NCBI GenBank assembly: GCA_023382455.1
Contig: JAHDVX010000014.1
Span: forward strand, 16,867 to 80,866
Origin: Flavobacteriales bacterium
Lineage (GTDB): Bacteria > Bacteroidota > Bacteroidia > Flavobacteriales_F > PHOS-HE28
Reading direction: 5' to 3'
Length of the DNA: 64,000 nucleotides
Both the position numbers and the translations under genes were made by a program. Positions 28,583-39,335 of the stretch are shown here, piece after piece (the first letter of the stretch is position 1; each line of letters starts with the position of its first letter). Below the pieces are notes generated by a model. It saw only the letters and a program-made list of their open reading frames with translations, did no database searches and was not told the origin of the DNA.

Positions 28583-29944
28583 ATGGACATGCAGATGGCC
28601 CGCGCCGAAGAAGCCGCGATCCGGGAAACGGACCAATTGCTGGACCCCGCCTTCCCGTACGGGGAAGACCTGCTGCAGTTCATCTGGGAGCAAGGGCTGT
28701 ACGACGCCAAGGACCTGCGCACCACGGACGGGGCACCGCTGGAAGTGCTGCACGCCGGCCGCGTGCAACTGAACAGCGGCCCGGACCTGCGCGATGCCCA
28801 GGTGCGCATCGGCGGGCAGCGCTGGGCGGGCAATGTGGAGGTCCACTTGCGCACCAGCGACTGGAACGCCCACGGCCACCAGCGCGACCCGGCCTACGAC
28901 AACGTGGTGCTCCACACCGTGTACCTCCACGATGCCGAGGTCCATACCGCCTCGGGCCGCTGCCCGCCCACGGTGGAGCTGCGCGAGCGGATCAACGCGG
29001 ACAACCTGCACCTGCACCAGTCCCTGATGGAAAGCCGGATGCCCGTGCCTTGTGCACCGCGACTCGGTGATGTGGACGGTACCCGCATCCGCCTTTGGCT
29101 GGAGCGCTTGCTGGTGGAGCGCTTGGAGCGGAAGGTGGCGCAGGTGGAGGAGGTGTACAGCCGCACCGGCAACGATCCCGGCGAAACCTTGCACCACATG
29201 CTGCTGCGCGGCTTGGGAGGCCAGGTGAATGCCGAGGCCTTCAGCATGCTGGCGCATGCGCTGCCCTTGAAGCTGCTGCTGAAGTACCGCGATGACCGCC
29301 GCCGCACCGAGGCGTTGCTCTTCGGCCAGGCTGGCTTCCTGGAAGCGGAACAGCAAGAGGCCTATCCGGCGGAGCTCCGGCAGGAATACCAATGGCTGCG
29401 CGCACTTCACGGCCTGCGCCCGGTACCGGCCTCCGCCTGGAAGTACGGCCGGCTGCGGCCGCCCAACTTCCCCACCGTGCGCCTGGCCCAATGGGCCGAG
29501 CTGATCATCCGTTCCGGCACCACCTACGATAGGCTGCTGGCCCACGATGATCCCCGTGTGGTACACGAACTGCTCGGTGTGGAGGCCGCCGGCTATTGGC
29601 GCGACCACTTCACCTTCGGCAAGCCGTCCAGCGCCCGCCCGGGGCTCAAGCGCCTGGGGAAGGCCGCAGTGGATGGCCTGCTGATCAACAGCATCGTGCC
29701 CTACCTCTTCGCCATGGGCCGCATCCGCGGCCATGCCCCGTGGACGGACCGCGCCATCACGCTCCTGGAGCGGTTGCCCGCCGAGGAGAACAGCATCACA
29801 CGGATGTGGCGCGGCATCGGCGTGGAGGCGGCCAACGCGGGCCAAAGCCAGGCCCTGATCGAGCTGAAGGACCGGTGGTGCGCCGAACGCAAGTGCCTGT
29901 GCTGCGCCATCGGTACCTGCCTGCACAAGCAAACCGGGACTTAG
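28583..29944 (+). CDS. DUF2851 family protein
   Basis: EDLLQFIW, GPD, GNVEVH...W..HGH..DPAYDNVVLH, RPPNFPTVRLAQ, C-terminal C...CL.CAIG. Confidence 0.88.
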   Translation: MDMQMARAEEAAIRETDQLLDPAFPYGEDLLQFIWEQGLYDAKDLRTTDGAPLEVLHAGRVQLNSGPDLRDAQVRIGGQRWAGNVEVHLRTSDWNAHGHQRDPAYDNVVLHTVYLHDAEVHTASGRCPPTVELRERINADNLHLHQSLMESRMPVPCAPRLGDVDGTRIRLWLERLLVERLERKVAQVEEVYSRTGNDPGETLHHMLLRGLGGQVNAEAFSMLAHALPLKLLLKYRDDRRRTEALLFGQAGFLEAEQQEAYPAELRQEYQWLRALHGLRPVPASAWKYGRLRPPNFPTVRLAQWAELIIRSGTTYDRLLAHDDPRVVHELLGVEAAGYWRDHFTFGKPSSARPGLKRLGKAAVDGLLINSIVPYLFAMGRIRGHAPWTDRAITLLERLPAEENSITRMWRGIGVEAANAGQSQALIELKDRWCAERKCLCCAIGTCLHKQTGT

Positions 29945-30025
29945 CTGAACGTTTCCCCAAGGAGTGTCCTCCTTTACCACCCTTGCCGCCCGAACCTCCC
30001 TGACCGGTTCACCACAACCTCCCGC

Positions 30026-31873
30026 TCACTCCCGTTGCAACACCACCTTCCCGCTCAGCCAACGGTCACCCACCGGATACCGGATCAAATAGATGCCCGT
30101 GGCATATGCACCCAGGTCAGCCTCCACGGTCCGGCCTCCTTTCAAGCCCTTCAGCACCTGCAGCACCTTGCCGCCCAAGTCCGTGATGTACAGCGCGGGA
30201 ATGTCCGTGTCCGCTGTGATGTGGAGGAGGCCCGTGGTGGGGTTCGGATAGAATGACCAGCGGATCCGCGTACTGTCCGCAGGAGCATCGATCGTGGTAG
30301 CCAGGCTGTCGGACAAGGCCGGGGTGGCCACCAACGAATCCGGTAATTGGAGGTCCAGCTCGGGGATCTGCCGGTCGCAATCGGGCATGTAGGTGAAGCC
30401 CTTGAGGATCCGGACCAGCAGGCCTTGCAGCGATTCCACATCGTAGCGGTCCGTGGTGGGCTGCAGGTGCGAGAGGCCCACGCCGCTGTGGTCCGTGAGG
30501 AAGGTGTAGGTGCCGTTGGTGGCGAGGGCCAGGGTGCGCATCAGGTATTCGGTGGCCTTGTCGATGCCGCTGGCCGCCACCGGGATGATGCGTATGCCCT
30601 TGGCCGCCGCCTGACGGGCCAATTGCTGCATGCGCGCGGGCATCCGCTGGTCCGGGTGGGGACCGGCGTCCAGCACCAGGAGGAGGATCCGCGCCCGGGC
30701 CCCGCTGCTCCAGCTGAGCCGGTTGATCGCCGAATCCAGCGCCACGTCCACCGCTTCCGGCGTATCGCCGCCGCCGTCGGCACGCTGAGCCCCGATGAAG
30801 TTCATGGCCCGGGAAAGCACCCGGGTGAAATCCATCGAGCGGGTCAGGTACTCCTCGCCCGGGCCCACATCGCGGTAGAACACGTTCGCGAAGCGGAAGT
30901 TGAGCCGGTCGCCGATCCGTTTGGAGCGGAAGATCACCTCGTTCATTTCCGCCGTCAGGAAATCGATCTCGTCCTGCATGGATCCGGTGGCATCCACCAC
31001 GAAGGCCACGTCCACCAGGTCACTGGGGCCGCAGGGCACAGCCAGCGCCAGATGGTTGATGCCGTCCTGGAACGGCTTCGGGGAGGCGATGCGGTGGCTT
31101 TGCCCGGCGTACCGCACCTCCATGGCTTCAGGCCGGATGGGCGCATGGCCGGTGTCCAGCGCGGACCAGAGCTCGGCCTTGCCGGTATTGTCCGTACGGG
31201 CGCGGAAGAGTTCGCGGCCACCTGGGCCGTGGAGGATCACTTCGGCATCCGCGATCGGCAGGCCGGCCTTGGTCTGAAGGTCCAGCGTGTAGCGGCCGGT
31301 GGGGGCGATGGCCCAGATGCTCCGGGCGTCTGCCAGCGCGCCTTTGTTCAGGTCGCCCCAGAGGTCCCATTTGGCAAAATCGTTCACCTCGCCGGCCGTA
31401 AGGATGCCCGCCTCAGCCGCAGGCCCGGCGCTCCTCCCCATTTTCGTTGCCAAGGGGGAGTAGGCCCGCGTTTCCGCGGAGCGGATGCCGCCCGTCCGGA
31501 TGGCTTCGGCACGCGGAGGTGCTCCCAAGCCTCGTGGATCGGTAAAAGCGGGTGCCGCATACGCCGGCCGGTCCGGGTCCGCCTTCACGGTGAAGTCGGC
31601 CTTCTCATCGCCCTTCACCCGTACCATCCGGTCCGAGGAAATGAAGCCGTCATAGCTCACCACGCAGCGGTACAGGCCCGTGTCCAAGCGTACATCGTAA
31701 TGGCCCAGGGCATCGGTGAGCACCGAGGCCACCAGCTTGTCGCCGCGGTAGATGTCCACGTTGCCGTAGCCCAGTGCGGTGCGGGCCTTGCCGGTGTTCA
31801 GGTTGCCGCTGATGGATTGGGCGGAAGCGGGCCCAAGGACGCACAGCATTACGGCGAGAGGAAGGAAGCGCAT
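30026..31873 (-). CDS. Secreted VWA-domain protein with T9SS C-terminal domain
   Basis: Signal peptide; FVVDATGSMQDE MIDAS, GGGDTPEA; YPNP...GIYLIR...KVVLQ CTD. Confidence 0.85.
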   Translation of the reverse strand: MRFLPLAVMLCVLGPASAQSISGNLNTGKARTALGYGNVDIYRGDKLVASVLTDALGHYDVRLDTGLYRCVVSYDGFISSDRMVRVKGDEKADFTVKADPDRPAYAAPAFTDPRGLGAPPRAEAIRTGGIRSAETRAYSPLATKMGRSAGPAAEAGILTAGEVNDFAKWDLWGDLNKGALADARSIWAIAPTGRYTLDLQTKAGLPIADAEVILHGPGGRELFRARTDNTGKAELWSALDTGHAPIRPEAMEVRYAGQSHRIASPKPFQDGINHLALAVPCGPSDLVDVAFVVDATGSMQDEIDFLTAEMNEVIFRSKRIGDRLNFRFANVFYRDVGPGEEYLTRSMDFTRVLSRAMNFIGAQRADGGGDTPEAVDVALDSAINRLSWSSGARARILLLVLDAGPHPDQRMPARMQQLARQAAAKGIRIIPVAASGIDKATEYLMRTLALATNGTYTFLTDHSGVGLSHLQPTTDRYDVESLQGLLVRILKGFTYMPDCDRQIPELDLQLPDSLVATPALSDSLATTIDAPADSTRIRWSFYPNPTTGLLHITADTDIPALYITDLGGKVLQVLKGLKGGRTVEADLGAYATGIYLIRYPVGDRWLSGKVVLQRE

Positions 31874-32021
31874 GGAAGAAGGAGGATGGTTGGCAGGCTG
31901 TACACGCCGGTCGGATCGGGGTTCATTCCAAGTGGCCGAACCGTGAAAAACGGTGAAGGATTTCCTGCGCCGTTCCGCCCTGCTTACTTTGCGGAAGCAA
32001 ATGCCCAAGGGGCAGGCTGCC

Positions 32022-32252
32022 ATGATCGACCGCATCAAGACCTTCTTCGAACGCCGGGCCTTCGGCGTTTGTGAATGGTGGGCCCACAAGCTCAACATCA
32101 AGACCGAGCAGGTGCGGCTCAGCTTCATCTACCTCAGCTTCGTCACCGTGGGCCTCAACGTGGTGCTCTACCTGATCATGGCCTTCGTGCTCCAGCACAA
32201 GGAGCGCATCAAGCAGCCCTTCCGCAAGCGGAGTACGGTGTGGGAGTGGTGA
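32022..32252 (+). CDS. PspC-domain small membrane protein
   Basis: AFGVC...VRLSFIYLSF...LYLIMAF. Confidence 0.8.
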   Translation: MIDRIKTFFERRAFGVCEWWAHKLNIKTEQVRLSFIYLSFVTVGLNVVLYLIMAFVLQHKERIKQPFRKRSTVWEW

Positions 32253-32257
32253 ACGGC

Positions 32258-32503
32258 ATGACGAACAACGACATCCTGAAGAAGCTGCGCGTGGCCCTCA
32301 AGCTGCGCGACACCGACATCGTGAAGATCCTCAGCCTCGTGGACTTCCACATGACCCTTTCCGAGGTCAACGCGCTTTTCCGCAACGAGGAGCACCCCAA
32401 CTTCAAGCCCGCCGGCGACCAGGTGCTGCGCAACTTCCTCAACGGCCTGGTGATCCACTTGCGCGGGCCGATGCCGCCGGGAAAGCGGGAGGGGAAGGGG
32501 TGA
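32258..32503 (+). CDS. DUF1456 family protein
   Basis: MTNNDILKKLRVAL...GDQVLRNFLNGL. Confidence 0.85.
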   Translation: MTNNDILKKLRVALKLRDTDIVKILSLVDFHMTLSEVNALFRNEEHPNFKPAGDQVLRNFLNGLVIHLRGPMPPGKREGKG

Positions 32504-32513
32504 TGCCGGTGCT

Positions 32514-32610
32514 TGTTCGTTCTTAGTTCGTAGTTCTCAGAGGCAGTGGGAAGCAACTGCACCTGCCAACTGCACCTGCCAACTGCACCTGCCAACTCCC
32601 AACTATCCCC
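32514..32610. repeat. Heptamer tract with 3 perfect 13-bp tandem copies
   Basis: GTTCGTT/GTTCGTAGTT units; CAACTGCACCTGC x3 (32554-32592); ends CAACTATCCCC. Confidence 0.85.
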
Positions 32611-32624
32611 TAAGTTCGCCTTCC

Positions 32625-33527
32625 ATGAAGATCCTGATCACGGGCAGCAACGGCCTGCTGGGCCAAAAGCTCATCGCCGCCCTGCGCCATGATCCCGAAG
32701 TGGAGCTGATCGCCACCTCGCGCGGCAGCGACCGCACCACGGATCCCTTGGGCTCCCGCTATCGTGACATGGACATCACCAACCGCACCGCCGTGGATGC
32801 CGTGATCGAAGACGTGCGGCCGGATGTGATCATCCACACGGCGGCCATGACCAACGTGGATGCCTGCGAGCAGGATCCCCCTGCTTGCCGGCTGCAGAAC
32901 GTGGATGCCACGCAATACCTGGTGGACGCGGCCAAACGCGCGGGCAGCCATTTCATTTTCCTCAGCACCGATTTCATTTTCGACGGAGAGCACGGACCCT
33001 ATCGCGAGGAGGATGTCCCCGCGCCGCTTAGCATCTACGGCCAAAGCAAGCTTGATGGCGAACGGATCGTGCAGGAGGCCGGCCTGCAACGCTGGGCCAT
33101 CGCGCGCACCATCATCGTCTACGGCATCGCGCCGGGCCTGAGCCGCAGCAACGTGGTGCTCTGGGCCAAGGACGCCCTGGAGAAGGGCACGCCCATCAAG
33201 GTGGTGGACGACCAATGGCGCATGCCCACCTTTGCCGAGGACCTGGCCGACGGCTGCATCCGCATCGCCAAGCGCGGTGCCACCGGCATCTTCCACCTCA
33301 GCGGCCCGGACGGCATGAGCATCCTGGAACTCGTGCAGCGCGTGGGCGCTTTCTTCCAGCTGACCACCGACCCGGTCTCCGCCGTAAAGAGCGCCTCGCT
33401 GGGCCAGCCCGCCAAGCGTCCGCCGCGCACCGGCTTCATCCTGGACAAGGCCCGGCGTGAACTGGGCTATGCCCCGCGCAGCTTCGAGGCCGGGCTGGCC
33501 GTGCTGCAACGCCAACTGCCCGCCTGA
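32625..33527 (+). CDS. rfbD: dTDP-4-dehydrorhamnose reductase-like extended SDR
   Basis: GSNGLLG, AAMTNVDACE, STDFIFDG, YGQSK, DQWRMPT. Confidence 0.82.
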   Translation: MKILITGSNGLLGQKLIAALRHDPEVELIATSRGSDRTTDPLGSRYRDMDITNRTAVDAVIEDVRPDVIIHTAAMTNVDACEQDPPACRLQNVDATQYLVDAAKRAGSHFIFLSTDFIFDGEHGPYREEDVPAPLSIYGQSKLDGERIVQEAGLQRWAIARTIIVYGIAPGLSRSNVVLWAKDALEKGTPIKVVDDQWRMPTFAEDLADGCIRIAKRGATGIFHLSGPDGMSILELVQRVGAFFQLTTDPVSAVKSASLGQPAKRPPRTGFILDKARRELGYAPRSFEAGLAVLQRQLPA

Positions 33528-33538
33528 TCCCATGCAGC

Positions 33539-34513
33539 ATGGTGCGCCGCCACAACAGGCCCTGGAAGGAACGGCTGAAGGACCTCTTCGCCATGCATCG
33601 CGGCGAGCGCCGGGCCTTTGCCGTCCTGGTGGGCCTGTGCATCATCGCCGCCGGATGGGTCACCTGGGAGCAATGGATACGCCCACCCCTACTGGCCGAC
33701 CGCGAGCAATTGCAGGTGGTTTGGGCGTCCATGATGGACAGCACGAAGCAGGATGAACGCCGCCCGGCAAACGCCGAGGACGACATCCGTCCTTTCGCCT
33801 TCAACCCGAACGGCTTGCCGATCGAGCAGTGGGTGGCGCTCGGGCTGAGCGAAAGGCAGGCGGCCTCCATCCACCGCTATGAGGCCCACGGTGGGCGCTT
33901 CCGCACCAAGAGCGACCTGGCCCGCATGCGCGTGGTGGACCCCGACCTCTACGCGCGCTGGGAACCTTTCATCCAGCTGCCGGATTCGCTCACCCGCCGT
34001 GGGGGGGACCACCGGCAGGGGCCCGGAAGGCAGCAGCCGTACAGCCCGGTAGAAGGGGAACAGCGCCCGGATGCCGAGGCGAAGTCCCGGGCCGCCCAGG
34101 AGGAGGATCCGGTGGAATTGAACACCGCGGATTCCGCGGCCCTGGTGGCCGTGCGTGGCATCGGCCCGTCATTCGCCCGTGCCATACTGCGCTACCGTGA
34201 AAGGCTGGGCGGCTTCCACAGCCTGGACCAGCTGGCCGAGGTGTACATCCTGCGCGACAAACCGGACGCCGTGCAGCGCTTGAAGCAGGTGCTCACCCTG
34301 GATCCGGCGGCCGTGAAGCGGATACCGATCAACAGCTGCACGGTCGAGGAGCTTGGGCCCCACCCCTACATGGGCTGGAAGGTGGCCAAGGCCCTGGTTG
34401 CCTACCGCGATGTGCACGGCCCTTTCCGCCAGCTCGCCGACATCACCGGGTGCGTGCTGGTGACGGACAGCATTCGCGACCGCATGTTGCCCTACCTCAC
34501 CTTGGGGAATTGA
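33539..34513 (+). CDS. ComEA-like helix-hairpin-helix protein
   Basis: N-terminal TM segment; FNPN...LGLS; ELNTAD...VRGIGPSFA...RLGGF repeats. Confidence 0.85.
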   Translation: MVRRHNRPWKERLKDLFAMHRGERRAFAVLVGLCIIAAGWVTWEQWIRPPLLADREQLQVVWASMMDSTKQDERRPANAEDDIRPFAFNPNGLPIEQWVALGLSERQAASIHRYEAHGGRFRTKSDLARMRVVDPDLYARWEPFIQLPDSLTRRGGDHRQGPGRQQPYSPVEGEQRPDAEAKSRAAQEEDPVELNTADSAALVAVRGIGPSFARAILRYRERLGGFHSLDQLAEVYILRDKPDAVQRLKQVLTLDPAAVKRIPINSCTVEELGPHPYMGWKVAKALVAYRDVHGPFRQLADITGCVLVTDSIRDRMLPYLTLGN

Positions 34514-34546
34514 CCGCCGGACAGTGCGTGGCGGGAAACGGCTTTA

Positions 34547-34737
34547 GGGTAGCTCGAAGAACCGCGAATGGATGTCACACGTGGCTATCTTTCGGCCAGA
34601 CGAGGCGCGACGAAGTGCGGATGCTGGAGCGAAGTATCCAACTGGGGAGCAACGAAGGATGGCCCAATGAGAGCCACGCGCCCGCAGGGTCGGTGCAAAA
34701 CACCGATGACGCCGGAACGAGGTTCTGCGAGGTACCC
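34547..34737. mobile_element. MITE-like element with terminal inverted repeats and TTA target duplication
   Basis: TTA|GGGTAGCTCGAAGAACC ... GGTTCTGCGAGGTACCC|TTA (15/17 TIR match); internal hairpins; no ORF. Confidence 0.7.
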
Positions 34738-34788
34738 TTACTTTGCACGTGCAATAAAGACCGCCCCGCAAGGAGCCCCGATAACGAG

Positions 34789-35931
<1,143 letters not shown>

Positions 35932-35946
35932 TCCAGGAAGGTAGAC

Positions 35947-36366
35947 CTAGTCTCTTTGTGGAATTCTGTCCAGGACCTTATCAGTCAACTCTATCAGGCT
36001 TTCCGTCAATTTTTGCAGTACATCAATGTGGGCCTTATGCTGTGCGGCCATTTGCTCCAGCATCTCCTTGGGCATCACGTTCACCGTGTTGTAGGCACCA
36101 TTGGCCAGTTGGTTGTCGTGCATGTGCAACACCAATGGATCCGGGCTAATGAGCCACTCAATGCCCACCGCATAGAAGCTAGCGATCTTCCGTAAGTTGC
36201 CCAAGTTGATCTTTTCCTCGTTCTCCTCCCAGCGGCACAAGGTGGAGGCATCAACGCCCAAAGAGTCCGCCACGTATTGTTGGGTATAGTTGTGGCTTAG
36301 GCGCAATGTTTTGAGCTTTGAATTCCTCAGTGCAACGTGCTCCGCGTCGGGGGTGGGTCTGTGCAT
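35947..36366 (-). CDS. XRE-family helix-turn-helix regulator
   Basis: LKTLR...YTQQYVADSLGVDASTLCRWE...L.KIA.FY; C-terminal coiled-coil-like segment. Start uncertain. Confidence 0.85.
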   Translation of the reverse strand: MHRPTPDAEHVALRNSKLKTLRLSHNYTQQYVADSLGVDASTLCRWEENEEKINLGNLRKIASFYAVGIEWLISPDPLVLHMHDNQLANGAYNTVNVMPKEMLEQMAAQHKAHIDVLQKLTESLIELTDKVLDRIPQRD

Positions 36367-36521
36367 GATGTCCCAAAACTATGCACAGATGTCGGATACT
36401 TTGCGGCAATGTGCCCTGCCCGTTGGTCTGGAGAACTAATGTTTGCTATGCAGGGTGCATCCAACGGTTGGATGGCCCTGCAATGCACCAATTACCCCAT
36501 TCACCCAAACTTCGACCTTTC

Positions 36522-39335
36522 ATGCAGATGGATAACCCAAGTAAACCGGCGAAGACAATTTTCCGGACAGCCTCGGCTATGTTTCTCTCAGTTTTGACTT
36601 GTGGCATCGCTTATGGCCAATACATCCCACCGGACCGCCTCGGTGGCGAGCATCAGGCCAGCGACGTTCTGCGCCGCAACGACGGACAGGTGTTCGATAC
36701 GTACGGGCAAGCCAGGCCGGATGTGAAGGCCTACTTTGAAGGTGCACCCGTTGGCATCTACCTCCGGGACTCCAGCCGCGTCTCCTTCACATACACCATC
36801 ATGCACCAGGATAGTGCCGCCGCTGACACAGCTTACCGAGTGGACATGGCCATGGTAGGGAGCAAGTTCATAACACCCAGCCTGTTACTGCCCGCGCCCG
36901 GTGTGGCCAATTACTATCGCGCACAGCATGCAGTGGAACAGGTACCCGCATATTACCGGGGCATCTACCAGGGCATCAAGAACGGCATTGACCTGCACAT
37001 GTATGCCTCTTCCAGCGGGCCACGCATGGCCATCGTGATTATGCCAGGTGCCGACCCTTCCCATGTGAAACTTGCCTTTACCGGGCAGGATAGTTTGGGC
37101 ATTGACTGGATGGGGTCCCTGAAGATGTATGTAAGGGACCATTGGATGGAATTACGACAAGGCACCGCCTACCAACTGGATACCAATGGGACGGTAGTTC
37201 CGGTGGGTTGGACCCCGGCTTACGCGCATCAGAACGGCACCTCATATGTGGGTTTCACTTTCGGCACCTATGATACCACCCGGCCTCTGGTGGTGCAGAT
37301 CGGTTATGGGGCCCTGGGTGGAGGAGGGCTGGATGCCCGGGACATGAACTGGAGCACCTATGTGGGCGGCACCGGTGATGACGAGCTTACCTGTGTGGAG
37401 ACCGATGAGGACGGCAATGCCTATGTCTGCGGCCATTCCTTGGCCTTTGACTTCCCGGTTGATCCAGGTAACTCGCACTATGCCCCGTTCAACCCCAATG
37501 CCGCAGGCTACGACAATGCCGTGGTCATGAAGTTCGACGGGGTTAGCAAACGGGTGGAATGGGCCACCTACTACGGAGGTGCATTAGCCAACCCTGCCAA
37601 CACCCCATATCACGAGGCTCGTACCGAAGCTCGCAAACTGGCCGTGTTCACCGCCAACGACCCTGCGCAGGAACGACAGTATGTTTATGTTACGGGCATG
37701 ACCAATTGCACGGATTTCCAACCTTGGGCAGAGGCGAGTTCCATTTTCTCGGGGGCCATTCATGAAGGTTACCTTGGTGGTCGCAGCCGCATGTGGGTAG
37801 GGGCCTTTAAGAAGGAAAACGGTATACGTGATTGGGCTACCACCCATGGCCAGGGCAGCGGTCAGTACACCAGTCGGGAGGAAGGCTTGGCCATTGCGGT
37901 TAATGGTTCCGGCCAGGTCAGTGTAGGTGGCAGGTTACACCGTACGGTAAACGGTACGACAGTTAATCCGGTCTTTCCGGTGGTGACACCCATCGGGGCA
38001 TACAACCATAATGGGAATACGGGCGGTGCCTACGTGGTAACGTTCAACTCGAACGGTACCATCTATTGGTCCACTACCCTTGGGAACTACGACCAAGGAG
38101 CCTATACCCAGCTGACCGACCTGCGCTACGATGCGTCAGGCCGCTACCTGTGGTTCACCGGCATCAGCTCCGGAAGCCAATCAACCCTTGACCTGGTTGC
38201 ACCCGTGGGTAGTTACTCCAGCCAATTCGGTACCGCGATGGTCGGGGAGTTCAATATGACAACTGGGCCTAGCCTGAACTATTGCACCCGGTGGGGAGGA
38301 GGACCCATTACAGACCCTTCCACCATTGCCTATGGGATTGACTTCGACGGCAGCTACATGTGGGTGGTTGGCGGTACTCGTAGGGCCTCGATGGCCATTT
38401 TGGATGCCCCCTTGCCGGAAGGCCCTTCCACCATACACCACAATCTGCTGAACGCCAGCGATCCGGGAAACCCCAGCGACGGCTTTATCCTGAAGTTCGA
38501 CCCAATGACCCACACGCTCCTCTATGGCACCCTGATCGGCGGAAACAAATACGATATGCTTTTGGACGTAGGTCACGATGAGGACTATGTGTACATTACG
38601 GGCGAGAGCCGCAGCACCAACGGCTTTGCCTCGGACCTGCACCCCTTGCGCTATTTCCAACCCATGAACTCCAATGTGAACACCCGGGATGCAGTGGTCT
38701 TGGCCATCCGTTCCGGAAGCGCTCCCCCTGTGATGGTGTGGCGTACCGCCTTTGGCGGCCTGGTCAGCGAACGGGCCTGGGGTATTGCGGGCAGCATGGC
38801 GCAACCCAGTGATGTATACCTTGTGGGTGCCACTGCCTCACAGTTGAACCAGGCTTTTCCATTGCAGGAGTTCAGCACCAGTAGTACCTTGGATTATTAT
38901 CAGCCCGTGAACTTGATCGGCTCCGGAGGGGATTGGCCGCTCAATTCCTGGTACGCTTTTGAAAAAGGCCTGAATTTCGAGTCTGGTGGCCTCGGTTTTG
39001 CCTCCCCCGAGGCCAGCCTTCAAGGGCATGATGGCTTTATCGCCTCTTTCGCCGCATACCATCCAGTGGGTGTATCTGAATCGGCTGTACCAATTGACGG
39101 CTATGAATTGGTCATTACTCCTTTGGCGCAAGAAGCTTCATGGTTGATACACTTCCCCTATCCGGGCAGCTGGATATTGGAGGTACATGATGCCAAGGGA
39201 CGTCTTGTCCGCAGCCAACACGGCAATGGCACACCCATGGGATTGGATATAAGTACGGAGGCACAGGGGATGTACCTGTTGCGGGCCTTGAATGGTTCGG
39301 AACCACCCCGTAGCGCCAAATTAGTACGACCATGA
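36522..39335 (+). CDS. Large secreted SBBP-repeat beta-propeller protein with T9SS-like CTD
   Basis: Signal peptide ending AYG-Q; NDGQ and PGADPS.VKL N-domain motifs; WSTYVGGTGDD / WATYYGG repeats; GMYLLR...AKLVR CTD. Confidence 0.8.
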   Translation: MQMDNPSKPAKTIFRTASAMFLSVLTCGIAYGQYIPPDRLGGEHQASDVLRRNDGQVFDTYGQARPDVKAYFEGAPVGIYLRDSSRVSFTYTIMHQDSAAADTAYRVDMAMVGSKFITPSLLLPAPGVANYYRAQHAVEQVPAYYRGIYQGIKNGIDLHMYASSSGPRMAIVIMPGADPSHVKLAFTGQDSLGIDWMGSLKMYVRDHWMELRQGTAYQLDTNGTVVPVGWTPAYAHQNGTSYVGFTFGTYDTTRPLVVQIGYGALGGGGLDARDMNWSTYVGGTGDDELTCVETDEDGNAYVCGHSLAFDFPVDPGNSHYAPFNPNAAGYDNAVVMKFDGVSKRVEWATYYGGALANPANTPYHEARTEARKLAVFTANDPAQERQYVYVTGMTNCTDFQPWAEASSIFSGAIHEGYLGGRSRMWVGAFKKENGIRDWATTHGQGSGQYTSREEGLAIAVNGSGQVSVGGRLHRTVNGTTVNPVFPVVTPIGAYNHNGNTGGAYVVTFNSNGTIYWSTTLGNYDQGAYTQLTDLRYDASGRYLWFTGISSGSQSTLDLVAPVGSYSSQFGTAMVGEFNMTTGPSLNYCTRWGGGPITDPSTIAYGIDFDGSYMWVVGGTRRASMAILDAPLPEGPSTIHHNLLNASDPGNPSDGFILKFDPMTHTLLYGTLIGGNKYDMLLDVGHDEDYVYITGESRSTNGFASDLHPLRYFQPMNSNVNTRDAVVLAIRSGSAPPVMVWRTAFGGLVSERAWGIAGSMAQPSDVYLVGATASQLNQAFPLQEFSTSSTLDYYQPVNLIGSGGDWPLNSWYAFEKGLNFESGGLGFASPEASLQGHDGFIASFAAYHPVGVSESAVPIDGYELVITPLAQEASWLIHFPYPGSWILEVHDAKGRLVRSQHGNGTPMGLDISTEAQGMYLLRALNGSEPPRSAKLVRP

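Noticed and set aside
32554-32592. Direct repeats as a possible CRISPR array
   Set aside because: Contiguous 13-bp tandem units without spacers; no cas genes in the window.
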